Position numbers and translations under genes: made by a program. Below the pieces are notes generated by a model that saw only the letters and a program-made list of their open reading frames with translations, was not told the DNA's origin and ran no database searches. A stretch of 63,070 nucleotides of DNA, the filler included, from Olpidium bornovanus S191 (lineage: Eukaryota; Fungi; Olpidiomycota): NCBI GenBank assembly GCA_017911155.1. It is 31 parts of 31 records of this genome, joined end to end, with 100 filler letters (N's around TTAATTAATTAA, not from the genome) between each part and the next. Parts side by side here need not be neighbours in the genome. Positions count along the whole stretch, not along the records: positions 23,902 to 26,115 come from JAEFCI010002878.1; positions 26,216 to 30,051 come from JAEFCI010007833.1; positions 30,152 to 31,358 come from JAEFCI010005594.1; positions 31,459 to 32,994 come from JAEFCI010011408.1; positions 33,095 to 34,684 come from JAEFCI010013181.1; positions 34,785 to 37,835 come from JAEFCI010013073.1; 25 more parts are not named here. One strand, 5' to 3'. This document shows, in pieces, positions 24,098 to 37,835 of the stretch; the first letter of the stretch is position 1, and each line of letters begins with the position of its first letter.

Positions 24098-24601
24098 ATG
24101 CCGGCGGCCGCGGGGGCGGCACCGTCGGCCGCGGGTTTCTTCCTTAGGCGGGCTTTGGCGCCGTCGCGGTGCGCGCCCCGCGCCGCCGCCGCTGCCGTTG
24201 CCGCAGGGGGACGGCTGGAAATTTTGGGAGGCGGGGCGGGGATTGCGGGCGCGGGGCCGCCTGGCGCCGCCGCCATTTGGACGCGGGGAGGGCAAGAGGA
24301 GGGCCTGACCGCCGCCGGGCCCCGCGCGTGCGCGCGGACGCCGGCCGCGCCGCGGTCTTGCGCGTGGGCGTCCTCCGCCGCCTTCCCGGCGGCCGCGGCG
24401 CCGGCCGCCGGTCTTTGCTTCGCGTCCGCGCCACCCCTGCGGTGGCCCGCCCCGTCCGCCGCGGCGGCGGGCGCCGTTCGGACGTACAAAGTCAGGGTCG
24501 CCCTCAAAAAGCGGTGCAGTAAGTGCTACTTCAAGTGGATCGAGGACCGCTGGCACGTCCTCTGCGACGAGGTGGCCCGGCATAAGCAGCACACCCCGTA
24601 A
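24098..24601 (+). CDS. MRPL36: Mitochondrial ribosomal protein bL36m with a long Ala-rich presequence
   Basis: C-terminal RTYKVRVALKKRCSKCYFKWIEDRWHVLCDEVARHKQ has the CxxC...C...H zinc ribbon of L36. The start codon is uncertain. Confidence 0.85.
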   Translation: MPAAAGAAPSAAGFFLRRALAPSRCAPRAAAAAVAAGGRLEILGGGAGIAGAGPPGAAAIWTRGGQEEGLTAAGPRACARTPAAPRSCAWASSAAFPAAAAPAAGLCFASAPPLRWPAPSAAAAGAVRTYKVRVALKKRCSKCYFKWIEDRWHVLCDEVARHKQHTP

Positions 24602-26215
24602 GACGGGCGGACGAAACGACGTCCCGCCGCCGAAGGGCGGCGGAAAAAAGCCCAAAGCCGCCGCTTCGCGTTTTTTTTTGGTTCACACGCGCGCGGCTGT
24701 GCTCCTGCTATGGACCGGTGTCCGTGGGGCGTGGGGGCCCGACGTAAAGGCAACGCGGCTTATCTTTTTTCGTTACCCCTTGTCATTTTACTCTTGTCAG
24801 GACTCCCGACCACGTCAAGAAGCTGAGGCGCCTCCTCGGGGCCCATAATTTCTGGAGGACGCGAAGGCTCAAGAAGTGAAATCTGGGAAGAACACGCCGA
24901 GCTCCTGAAGCTGTACACAATAGCGAAAACCGCCGCTCGGTCGCGCTCCGCGCCGGGCCACTTTAATAGCTTGTCGGCATCGCCGGCGGCCGCAGAAAGC
25001 GGCACCGTCATGTACTCGGAAATAGCTCCGCTGGTTGCTTTTTTTGGCATGAAAAGATATGGTGCCGGAGGCTGAAGCTCCCGGGAGCGGCGGTGCGTCC
25101 AATGCGGAAAAGGAGTAATGTAGAAGCCGTTCGTCGGGATCTCCTGCGAAAGTATCGTGGTGTCTGCCTGATGCCGCGCTTCGGCAGCGGTCGTCGCCGT
25201 TTCTAGAAATACCTTTTGCGCCGCCCGTGAGCAACAGCCGCCCCCACTGGTCTTATTTTCGCGAGCCAACCGTCGAACGGCTGTCGAACGTGTGTCGCGC
25301 CGCGGCCCAAAATATAATTTTCGCAAATTGTTCGCCCGCAACTTCCCGACCCCGTCACCAGCGCCACAATCACAGCAGGAACACGCCTGACAGCACGGCG
25401 ACCGCCTCCCCCCTCCCGCCAGAAGCACAGTTAGATGTGTCTCCTTTTATCAGCTGAAGAGAAGGCGCGCATTGTTGGAAACGAAGCAACCCGATGCACG
25501 TTGGGGCAAACATCGCAAAGGAGCTCGGCGTCCCCTGAGTTCAACCATCCGTTCCGTTCTAATGACCTGTGCGAAGCACGCGGCACTGCGAAGACCCCCC
25601 CCCTTCCCCCCCCCCCCAAGCGCGCTGGACGACCACGGAAGTTGACAGGCCGTGACAAGAGGTCTCTTGGCTGCCGCCTTGACACAGCGTTGCCGCGCAC
25701 CACTCGCGGACAAGGGCGGCTGATTTTCAAAAACCGCGAAGTTTTTTTTTTGGTTTTTTTTTTTTCCCCACGCCTGTTACTGCGTATGCCCAAGTAACGC
25801 AGTACCGACGCCTGCATACCGCCGCAGGACAGAGCTTACGAACGGGACGGGAGAAAAGCAAAACTTGAGATCCGCAGCAAGCCCGCGCGGAAGGTGCCGA
25901 ACGGGAGTCGTGTGAAAACCCCGCTCGACCGTGTGACTCGCAACCGCGAGCAACGCGATCTGGCGGTAATTTTTTTTTTTGAGGGGGGGGGGGGGGGGGG
26001 GGGGGGGGGCGGGGGGTGAGGTTTTCCCTTACCCCTCTCGCCAAATCCGTGCATCTCCGTGTGGACGGGTCCGAAGGAACTCAAGCACCCGAGGCCCGGC
26101 GGGAGCGACACCCGCNNNNNNNNNNNNNNNNNNNNNNNNNNNNNNNNNNNNNNNNNNNNTTAATTAATTAANNNNNNNNNNNNNNNNNNNNNNNNNNNNN
26201 NNNNNNNNNNNNNNN

Positions 26216-26410
26216 CATGCCTTTCCTGTCCGGCGGAACATTTGGTGGAAAGTTACCGTCGTGGTGTTTGAGACACTGTCAAAGAAATTTTTCCACAAAC
26301 TCTAGATTTGTCGAAAACCCCCGGGTTAAAACGACTGGACTAGGGCCAAATTGGCCGCCACGGGTAATTTGCCCCGAGAAAAACTCTCGAAATGGGCGGA
26401 AATGGTCTGG
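26216..26410 (-). repeat. Copy of a dispersed repeat family (also at 53415-53632, with the core motif in 48083-48510)
   Basis: The revcomp ...GAGTTTTTCTCGGGGCAAATTACC...TGTCTCAAACACCACGACGGTAACTTTCCACCAAATGTTCCGCCGGACAGGAAA is colinear with the 53.4-53.6 kb region. Confidence 0.65.
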
Positions 26411-28133
26411 CCGGAACAACGACGGTAGGGCGAACTCATCCTTTACGTCAAGAACGACCTATGCTTCCAAAATGGTAAAATGGTATCCACGGCAAACGCC
26501 TCTGCTGTCGAATTCGGACTCGGGGTTTGTAACGAGTCAACTACAAGATCTGCGTGCAGCACTGTCTGGATTCGTGTATTTACAGTCCTAGCTTTGCGCC
26601 GCCAGTTCCGGATTTAATTCTGGGTTCTGGCACTTCATACGTCCTATGGTACGGGGTCTAGCCACGCTTTATATATGCGAAGCCTGTGCCGGTGTCGCTC
26701 CAATCGATCGGGGCGCCGACCGACCAAGCTGCAGAGGGACAGAGAGCGACCCGGTTCTTGCCCGCTGGGGGGGGCGGGGTGATACGTCAAAACTTGTTCA
26801 CGCCTGTCAAGGCCTCGAAGACGAAGCGAGAGCCAAGACGCAGCGATTACCGCTCGGCGCGAAACGGAAAAGCGAAGACGGCGATAGTCCTCGGCGAAGC
26901 AATTGACGCTTCCACGAGCCGGGATTCCAATGCGTTTCCAACGCCTTCGACCGTTTTGCCGCGACGCGGTCTTTGAGAGCCTTCCCGTCGAATCCGTGCA
27001 ACTGATAGGTACCCGTCTAGGGGAACCTCTCCTCGATCACAAATGGCCTGAACCAGCGTCACCCAAACTCTCGATGCGGTCCTACTTTTGCTTTGTTCCG
27101 TCGTTGCGGCTTAATTATTGACTCAACCATGCGAGAAAGAGGAGTAGCTGTGCATATGCACTACTGCCCGTCATATCTCCATCCAGCCCAAACTTTATTG
27201 GCAATAAAAAAGTATGTAATGTTGCTCGGACCTTGTTTTCGGCCATCCGATTGCATTGTCTGCCAACTACATTTTGCTCTGGTGTCTCGCGGAAAGTAGG
27301 CCGCTGATTCCTGTGTCAGCGAGGCTCTTGTCGAACGTGGCCGGGGAATATTCCCCGCACCAAGGTAACAGACCGTACAGCAGGTTCGATATCATCCTCA
27401 TCCTGGTTGTTTGAGGGTCCACGAGGTGCTGTGCCCGTCTGACGGGAAGCCGTACTCATGACTTGGTTGAGGACAACTTTTTCAAGATGTGAGGTCAGTT
27501 TGTCCGTTTGTGCTTTCTGCGCCACTAATTGTGCATGCCCCTCCCTCCGCCCTTCTTCGCGCTCCCTTGTGAGTGTTTCCAGGCGTTTCCATGCTTTAGC
27601 GGTTAGCGTTTCCATGCGGTTAGCGGCAACCGCAGCAGACATGGTCGCCGCGTCGGCGGCGCCGGGGACCCTCTCCGCGAGTGCCGCGTTGGCAGTGCGG
27701 GATTCCTTTTCCGTTAGTGGCGAGTCGGCGGCGCGAGGGCTTCATCTCAGAAGGGGGGCCGCGAGGGAGCCTTTGGGCTCATAACCTGCAGCTAATCCTG
27801 CTTGAAGTTACTCCTATGGCCCCCCCGTTTTGGTCGCGAAGCGCCTTTATTTTATTTGGTAAAAGGGATGACGGAAAGTTTCTCGTTCGTTAGTGCTCGC
27901 GGCAATATCTCGGCACCACCGCTCCCCCTCCTGCCGTGGTGTGCCCCGCCAAGCGAACCCGGAGAGCAGCGGGGGCTTAGCAGGTTAAACCGCGAATCAA
28001 AGACGAAACACGCTGACTGCCTTGCGCACACGCGGCTTGCACCGGGCCCCACATGTTCGAAAGTGCATAAACATACGTGGCGGGCCTTTCGCTCTAGTAA
28101 ATACGTGGTTCAGAAAATACACTGTTCGGGGTC

Positions 28134-29052
28134 CTATTCTGCCGCAACGCGGCGGTGCTCCAGTTTCTCTTCTTCGACTTGGAGCTCCGCCCGTTTGTTC
28201 ACCAGCGATAAATAAGTGTTCCATCCTGGTGCGGCGGCGGGAAGAGAACAGAACCGCCGAAATGGCCGGACGCCCGAGTGAACCTCCCGAACGCCGAAAC
28301 GCGGTGAGCACGGCCTTTGAATCTGGGTTTCCAAATACCTATGCCGACGACGTTAAGGCCGAGCACTCTGCATGACGGCGGTAGAAACATGAAGTTCGCG
28401 GCGTTCGTCACCTGGGTTGGGGAAGATGCGAGGATTGTGAGACATCTTCGCGGCGGTTCAGCGGAACGGCAAGCAGCGAAAGCATCGCACAGCAGAACGA
28501 CAATTTTACCGGCCAGACGAGGCTCCCCGCGACGAAGGTCTTCCAAATGGAAGTTTTCACCCGCTCGACGCCGCTCTGAAAACTCTTGCCTTCCAGCAGG
28601 GCCGAAGCGATAAAGAAGCCGCATAAGTACGGCGGGAATACGAGCAGTTGCGCGGTGGCGCTCTTCGCCAGAACCGATGTTACGGTCTTCGCCGGGAACG
28701 TTTTATCCAGGCGGTCGAAACCTTTTTTATTTTTATGGCAGGGCAGAAGGCCAAGAAAAGTCAGCGATAACTTCGAACACGGCTGCCACGGAGAAGAGAT
28801 GGCAAACCGGCATCGAACGACGCCGGTCTCTTCATCCTCCCGCCTTCCGCGAAACTTGCGGCCGGCTTCGCGGCGCGCGCTGTACCTACAAAGGCGGAAG
28901 TATGGCCCGTGGAGTAGCGCGCCCACTGTGGCAAACCGTGCAGTCCTCCTGGCGTCGTACGGCGTGACCTTCTCTACGAGGGCCTGCGATATGAAATCCC
29001 CGGCGGCGAACAAAGCGCAGGAGGTGGCGGCCGCCTTGATTAACGGCGCCAT
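28134..29052 (-). CDS. Mpv17/PMP22 family membrane protein (SYM1-like), 4 exons
   Basis: PLIKAAATSCALFAAGDFISQ...YDARRTARF..VG..LHGP; QLLVFPPY...FF; FVAGSLVWP; ANFMFLPP..RVL..NVVGI.W; NTYLSLVN. Confidence 0.88.
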
Positions 29053-30253
29053 GCACGTCGGCTCGACAGGCTCCGTCGCCACTAGCGAGAAATCAGCGGT
29101 TTTCTGTGTGGGGGTCGCTTTTGGTCGGGTCACGTGCTTTCTTCGTGTGTGACAAACCGCCCTGTTCCCCCGGTCCGCCGCCGTTGACTCCCCAAAACCG
29201 AAACGGGGGAAAGGGGAAGGATTCGAGCGCACTGCGCCGCCCCAGCCTTCGTTACCCCTTTGTGGGAATCCTTGGTAGATCCCCCCATAAAAATCTCTGC
29301 CGATCACGGGTGATCAAGGCCGTGAAATGTGGCCGGCGGCGGGTGCAGCAGCGACGACGCAACCACTCGATGCCTGCTATGCCCGGGTGATCAACGCCGT
29401 GACAATGTGGCGGGTGACGGGTGCCGCAGCGACGACGCAACCCACCCGATGCCTGCTGAGTTAGTGTTGATGATGACGCCCACATTCCCCGGCCCGACTA
29501 ACGTGACGCGTTTCGCCGGCGGGAACGCAGGCCCGGGTGGACAGGCCTGCTGAAGTCACGTGTCCGAGCGTTGGCAGCAGCTTACGACAGATGCAGAGAA
29601 ATGTTCTCTCACGTTATCTGCCACCGCCGGATGGAATTTGCTGTGGATCTCTCGGGAATCCCCGCACGTGCCGCTCTCCATTTGGGTGTTCTGCGGAAAG
29701 TATGCAGTCTGGGTCTGTGGCCCGTTCATTCCGGCCTTTAATCGTGGCAACGGACTCGGCATCGGAAACAGTCCCGACATTATGCTGGTAAAATGATTGC
29801 GCCGGCGCGAGCGAAAGCGGTGCACAAATGCGTGTGCGTGGGCGGCGGGAAACTGGGGCCACACGGATGACTCGAGCCGACGAACTTCAATCGAAGGAAC
29901 CCACCACCCCGAACGACCGCACGATTCTCTTTCTCTTTTACGTCTTGCTTGGGTTGATCGCGTCCAAATTCTGATACTTGTAAAACCCCTGACCGGTTTT
30001 CTTTCCTGCAAGAATAGGGCGCGATCGATTTAGGTGATCCTGCATCATGGCNNNNNNNNNNNNNNNNNNNNNNNNNNNNNNNNNNNNNNNNNNNNTTAAT
30101 TAATTAANNNNNNNNNNNNNNNNNNNNNNNNNNNNNNNNNNNNNNNNNNNNCCGGATGCTCGGCTTCGAGGGCGCCGCTCTCTGCTTTCTGCGAGGGGTT
30201 TGCGTCGATCCTGATTTTTGATTGGGGGCGCGGCTGGTTTGATCTGCGCCCAG

Positions 30254-30886
30254 GGAAGGCATCGACGTCATGGACGCTGAGGGCAACAAATACGGCAAAT
30301 CGAAGAAGGCGGGCATGTCTGCAGTGACTCAGGTGAGACAAAAAAAAACGAAGGAAAACAAAATTTGAGGGCGGGGAGAGGTGTCGCTTTTTCCTGCTTT
30401 TCGTCATCGTCCGAGTCTAATAACACCTCCACCGCGAATCTCGCATTTTTTTCCTTTCCCGCCCGCCCATTCCCCCACCCCCCCCTTTCTTGCCCCCCTC
30501 TCACACAGGTCGCCGTAACTAGAGTGGTCGCTTCTGTTCCGGTGATGATATTCCCGCCTCTGGCGATGTCCATACTCGAGCGGACGGAGCTGCTCAAGCG
30601 CAGGCCGTGGCTGACGACGCCGGTCAACCTTGGTGAGCGCCTTACGGTTCCGTTCGCAACCATATAGACGACTGTCGACCAACAGACCCAGAATGCTGAT
30701 CGGAGAGGAATTCGTTCTGCGACAGGCCTGATCGGGTTCTGCATCATGACGGCGCTTCCGGCCGCAGTCGCGCTGTTCCCGCAGCGGCCCGCCGTGTCGC
30801 CGACGGTCCTCGAGGAGAAGTTCCACAACCTGAAGGACCCTCGCGGAAAGCCGGTCACGGAGCTCGTTTACAATAAAGGACTGTGA
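30254..30886 (+). CDS. FSF1: Sideroflexin (mitochondrial carrier), last three exons
   Basis: EGIDVMDAEGNKYGKSKKAG..AVTQ/VAVTRVVASVP.MIFPP/...ALPAAVALFPQ...LEEKF...YNKGL* with the diagnostic NKGL C-terminus. Confidence 0.92.
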
Positions 30887-31458
30887 ACACGGGGCGCCCG
30901 GCAAATCGGTCGCCGAAAAAAAGAAAGCAAGTTATCCTGCAAAAGGTCCCAAGGGCGTCCATGCGCCACGCGGAAATCGCGGCCACTCTTAGAGCAATTT
31001 TAAAAAAAAAGAAGTTCGTAGACTTTCGTTCCGCAATCGGTCTATTTGTATTCGAAAACTCCTGCCAGCCCCGTTAAGATCTTTTGACCGTGTGGCCATT
31101 TCGGATCGGCATACGGGGAGGCGGAAAGTGTGCTGTTCGGGCGCCGCCGCCGCTCCCGGCCGAGCGCCGAGGACGTAACGATGCCATCATCTGCGCGAGG
31201 GGATCGTATACGGATTTTTCTTTTTGGTCTTTTTTTTTACATGCTAATCACAACACACGCGTGTACCCACCGCCCGAAGACCGGGGGGTTTCGCTTCACA
31301 AGAGGCAGCGGATTGCCGATCGCGTTTCCGGTGCACGCGTGCGCCGAAGGCTACGCCANNNNNNNNNNNNNNNNNNNNNNNNNNNNNNNNNNNNNNNNNN
31401 NNTTAATTAATTAANNNNNNNNNNNNNNNNNNNNNNNNNNNNNNNNNNNNNNNNNNNN

Positions 31459-32994
31459 AATCGACGAAATCAGGGAGCAATTCGAGGGCAAAATGAAGTC
31501 CGAAAACAGCAAGTACCAGGAGCTCGAGGCCGAAACTCGGCGCCTCCAGGAAAAGTGGCTCACCCAAATCCGCGACATGGAGGTTTCGGAAAGCAGCGCG
31601 CTCGAGGAATTGGTCGATCACTACCAGTGGCAACTGCAGCAGCGCCAGGACGAAATTTGCGCCCTGCAGGGGCAGATGGAACACCAGCAACGCGAGTTCG
31701 AATCTAACACAGAGGCTATCGACCAGGACGCTGACACCGAGGTCCTCGGCCTTTGCCACGAGTACGAACAGAAGCTTTATCATGAGAAGGAAAACGTTCA
31801 GCAAATTAAGCAGGAGAACCAGGTCATGAAAAGAAAATTCGACAGGCTGAACAAGGATATCGCCGACAACAAGGCGGGGCTCAACAAAATGTTCCTCGAA
31901 GAAAAGAAACTGCACAACATCATCAAGAGTCTAGAGAAGGACATCGTTGGTGTCCGACGAGAAATGCAAGAGCGCGACGAGACAATTCAAGACAAAGAAA
32001 AACGCGTTTACGATCTCAAGAAGAAAAACCAGGAGCTCGAAAAGTTCAAGTTTGTTCTTGACTACAAAATAACCGAGCTCAAAAAGCAGGTGGAACCCCG
32101 CGACCGAGATATAATTGAGTTGTCCAAAACCATCAGGGTAAGTAGATCACGGCCAATTTTGGCCTGCGGAGTTTTTTCTGCCCTCGTGATTTCCGTGCAG
32201 CCGGAAAAGCACCGGAAACTGCCGACCAAGTTGTTGAGGTTCGGGAGAGAAAACGGGAGGTTTAATTTCCGAGGGCAAACTGCTTTCGCGGGCAGCGGCT
32301 AAGCGGCTTTTCTACTTTCGGAACGGAACGCCCGAGAACAGGACATTGGCCTCGAAATCGGACAGTACCAAAGCGCCCTGGCCGCTTCGGATCTGACGGT
32401 CGGCGAGCTTTCTCTTAAAGTAAAGGCCAAGGAGCTCGAGGCAGCCGCCGAAAAGGAGCGATACGTGGCGCAGCGCGACGCCGTGAACAGGATTCATCAA
32501 GACCTCGCCGCGTGCATGGCGGTCGTCGCCAACCCGAAAAAGCTCCGGGTATGCAGTTGGCGCAGCGCGCGCCCTCTTCGGCGCGGAACCTTAACTTGCC
32601 GCAAAAATTTGCCCGGCGGCGGGAGTGAACCGACGCGCGAAACTCATGGAAAAATCTCCCTCCCCTCCCCTGGGCCCCCCCCCCTCCCTCCGCCCCTTCT
32701 TTGGGACTGAAAGAGCTCCGTCGTCTCTATGCATCACAAGTACGTTCTCCCGGCAACCGGAGACGACGGATTACCGCAAGCGGCAAACATCCCGTCGTCC
32801 GAGGGCGAGAACCCCTTTCGCCAGATTTATTATCTCGAAAAGACGATAGCGGCCCTGGAGCAGAAGCACGAGCACCAGAAAGCGGCGAGGAGGGTCGACA
32901 CGGAAAAGATTGTGCAGGAAAACGTGACGCTGTTGCAGTTACGTGCTTCCGTTCTGTCTGTGAAGCACTTGCTCTTCTCGATAAGCCTTTCATG
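31459..32994 (+). CDS. CFAP57: Cilia- and flagella-associated protein 57 (WDR65), coiled-coil region, partial multi-exon
   Basis: Signature EMQERDETIQDKEKRVYDLKKKNQELEKFKFVLDYKITELKKQVEPR, and later KIVQENVTLL. The first exon ends at 32137 (GTAAGT). Confidence 0.93.
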
Positions 32995-33488
32995 NNNNNN
33001 NNNNNNNNNNNNNNNNNNNNNNNNNNNNNNNNNNNNNNTTAATTAATTAANNNNNNNNNNNNNNNNNNNNNNNNNNNNNNNNNNNNNNNNNNNNATCGAC
33101 GGCCCCTCCACTGAGAATCTCTCTGCGCTTCTGCGCTCTCCAGCCCGCGTTCTTTTCTTTTCTGCCGGCGGGCGGCCGGCGCGTCGTTCTTTTCTTTTTT
33201 CCCTCGCCGGTCATGTCGGGGAGGAGGGGGCAACGCCATCATTCCTCTCCCCGTGAAAAGGAAGGGGGTTGGGCGGGGGAGAAGCGCACGCGGGCGTTCA
33301 GTGCAGTTGAGGCGGTCACGGTGTTCTCCCCCGCAAAAACGTGAGAGTCTTTGTTGACGACGACGGCGGCGCGGAGTATGGGCAAAGAGCGACCCTAGAT
33401 TCCCCCCCCCCCCCCGGTTTTGTTTGCTCACGGCCGCTCACACTGTGACCCCTGACGTTTCGCAGAAATCAGATAGATACGGCGTTTA

Positions 33489-34430
33489 TCAATTAGGAGC
33501 CGGAGCCGTCGCGCTGCTCGGGACTGGATATCCGTTCTGGGCAGCCGCGGCTTGTGCGCTTTGGGCAGTCGTTGCCCGAGGAAGGACGAGCCCGAGCGCC
33601 AAGCCCGTTGCGCTGATCGCGATTAAGAGGGTGACGAGGATTACCCATTTTCGCTGCGTGCGTCAAAATGCGGGAGCGCGGTCCGAGGGTGAGAAAAGCG
33701 AAAATAAAGCGGCCAATCGTCCCGCCACCTTGAAAAAAAGAAGAGAAAAAAAATTAAAACACGCGGGTCGACATCGCGACGAGCTGCCAAAAAACCTTTC
33801 TGATAGACCGCGCCGTTCTGGCCGCCGCGGAGACCTTCTTCTCCGCTTCCTCGATTTCCATGCCGGAGGCCTCCACGTACGCGGCTATCGTCTGCAGCTT
33901 CTCCTCGTCCTGCGACACGACCGTCCGCATCTGCTGGAACAAATCAGCGAGCCTCTTTGCGCGGAGCAGGGACGGGGAATGGGGGGGGGGGAAAGGCGGA
34001 GGTTGGGGGGAGGGGAAAAGGTGGAGGTTGAGGGGAAGGGGTGACCCCCTGTTGAGCCGCATTATCACGCAGCACGAATTTCGGCGATTTCTTTTCAAAA
34101 ACCGAGGGCGCACGGCGTCCCACCTGGAGAGAGGAATCAATGTTCAGGATTTCTATGTGACGCTCCTCGACTTCCGCGAGGGCCGAGCTGGCCTGCGCGC
34201 TTCTCACGCCGCCGACCATCTGCGATTTTTTTCGAAAAAAAACCCATTTCGCTGTTTCAGAACGCCGTTCTCTCGTCTGATCAAGGCTGCGGGGGGCCCC
34301 GGCCGTCTCAAAATAATCTCTCTCTCTCTTTTTTTTGTTCTCGCTCTCACGGCGGCCGCGAAAACAGTCGCGGATTTCATCTCGATAACGCGGTCGATTT
34401 CGCGTTCTGTCGCATCCGGTTTGACTGCGG
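33489..34430 (-). CDS. Plasma-membrane syntaxin (Sso1/2-like Qa-SNARE), 3' exons
   Basis: VKPDATEREIDRVI...; ALAEVEERHIEILNIDSSL; LADLFQQMRTVVSQDEEKLQTI...AARTARSIRK; RKWVILVTLLIAISATGLALGLVL (TM). Confidence 0.85.
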
Positions 34431-34540
34431 GGGAAAAAATGAGGCGGAAAAAAAAACCCCGGTCACGTTGGTTGCGCCCCCCTCGTCTCCCGCTTTCCCC
34501 CCTTCCCCCGTCGGGCGAAAGGGGGGCGGGGGTAACGGAA

Positions 34541-34572
<32 letters not shown>

Positions 34573-36201
34573 GACGCCGCACAAACACATCACTCTCCCG
34601 CGCTGCTTTCTCGGGGGGGGCCGCCGCTGCCCCCTCACCCCCGGCCTCCTCGTGGGCGCCATGGCGCGCTGCAGCCCTTCCTAGNNNNNNNNNNNNNNNN
34701 NNNNNNNNNNNNNNNNNNNNNNNNNNNNTTAATTAATTAANNNNNNNNNNNNNNNNNNNNNNNNNNNNNNNNNNNNNNNNNNNNCATCGATATCCCTGTT
34801 GCGTGCATCGCGGTTGAAATTCCTCTTGGGATAGCATTTCGTGATTATGCACTTCGTCACAACCCGCAGAATTCGCCATCATCTGTTCGAGGTGTCGAAG
34901 CATGAGAGCGAGGACGAGCTCGCGTCAGCGGTCGCCGTCATACCGCGGCGCGCTGGACCCGTAAACATTTCGCGGAAGCGACGACCCGGGCCGGGTGAGC
35001 GGAGCGGTGGCGAGCAGCTGACGCAAACGGAAATACCGACGCTTTAGCAAGCTTCCGATCATGGGAGCTGGCCCGCCCCGAGGCCCCGAGATAGGCAAGT
35101 ATTGCCAGGGAAATGGGCGCACAAGCGGAAGATGAGCCGTGGCGGAATTATCAACAAGTGCCGCGCGCCCGGGGTTGAGGACTCGCTCAAACCAAGGGGT
35201 GATCGGCTGCCACGAGAACCGTCTCACCCGTGACTCGAACGATACATTTTATTTTGTATTAATTATTTAAATTATTACCACTTAGCAGTAAGAGTCTGTG
35301 TCGGCAGCGACGTTGTGAGTCATAAATCGCCGTTGCGACAGGGAAGGGATGGAGCGTACGCCAACGGGATGTCGTCCTGGCGTATCTCCATGGAGAGCTG
35401 GGCGTCGATTTATATGCGGGAACAGCCGGAAAGGTTTCAAGACTGAACACCGAGTTTGCAAGCTCATCCGGGCCTTGTCCGGGCCGAAACAGAAGCGGCA
35501 GGGCCTGGAACCGTCGCCTGCATCAAGAAATTGATCCACCTCGGTTTGAACCGAGCTCCTCGTGTACGTGCTCAAGAGAAGAAAAAAAAAAACAGGATAA
35601 AAGGCTTTTGGCGGTCGCCCAAAGTCGACGACCTGCTACCGGGGGGACCGGATGACTGAGACCATCAAGCTCCTTCGAGCGGAACCTGGAAAAAAAAGTT
35701 TAAGATGACAGAAGGGGGGGGGAAGACTTTGTCGTTCATCCTGGGCGTCCGAGCGCGGAAGAAAGATGGGACGCTGCTCTACCTTGGATCAGCGGCACCA
35801 CGCGGAGCGGCTGCTGACAAGATTTGTGTATGACGAACGCGAACCCCGGCGAGGCGCCCCGGTCGAATCAGGATCTTTAGAGGCATTGGGCAACACGAGC
35901 ACGTCGGCCGCCCACGCAAGGGTCGAGCGACCAAAAACGCTACGCCGAGGCCGTAGGATCGACCGCGCGGCCGGCGGCCGTGACGGCGGCCGGATCCCGC
36001 GATTCGCTGCAGCATTCCTGGGTTCGACTCGCACCAGCGCCGTCAAGTCCGCACCGGGGGCGCGGTTGAAAAGCGTCGTTCCGACAGAATACGAAATGCG
36101 TTCGCGACGTCGTCCTGTGAAGCAGAGTTTGTTTTGACCCGCTCGATTCTCAATCAAATAGACGAAACCGCCGTCCTAGAGGCAACGGCCTTGGACATGG
36201 A

Positions 36202-36288
36202 CAACCGACGGAGCCGTGGAGCTGACGAACGACGTCGGGATGTCAACCGACGGAGCCGTGGAGCTGACGAACGACGTCGGGATGTCAA
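36202..36288 (+). repeat. Exact 42-bp tandem duplication
   Basis: CAACCGACGGAGCCGTGGAGCTGACGAACGACGTCGGGATGT twice, starting at 36202 and 36244. Confidence 0.9.
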
Positions 36289-36792
36289 AACGATCCAACG
36301 CTCCCCGCGGACTTGCTTTTTTTCTGCCGCCCCTCCCGCCCGCCCGACTCCATTTCCCTTCCGTTTCGGCTCTCCGGGTCGCCGTAACGTCGCGGAGCGC
36401 GCGCGTTCCGTGGGGGGGAAGAGCGCGCATTCAAAAACAAAAAAAAAGCCCAAAGGAGAACCCGCCGTCGAGCCGGCCGGCGGTCACAACAATTATAACC
36501 GAAAGAAACGGAAAAGCGGGATGGAGGGGCGGGGGAAGTGGGGGGGGGGAGATCTGCAGCACACGGCACTGGCGAAAAGGAGCAGCAGAAAAGTACTCGG
36601 CGGGGGAAACGGGGTATGCGGCTGAAAAAACAGAGCTGACAGTGGGGAGGGAGGGGGGGGGGAATTAGATCGCTTAACTGGCCACCTACTCAAAACGGGG
36701 CGCAAGGTGAAGAAGAGGAGACGGGGAGAGAGCCCTCTCCGTAGTGCTCGTGGTCCGAAAAGAGCATTTCTCCGGGTCGTGTTCTTCTTCCA

Positions 36793-37835
<1,043 letters not shown>

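Noticed and set aside
27093-27642. Possible degenerate retrotransposon Gag on the minus strand (coiled segment, then QRPTFRETPEQNVV)
   Set aside because: Only a weak motif resemblance, with stops and no pol nearby. It needs an HMM search.
34785-36157. Several minus-strand exon-like frames
   Set aside because: Probably parts of a gene, but phases and identity are unresolved.
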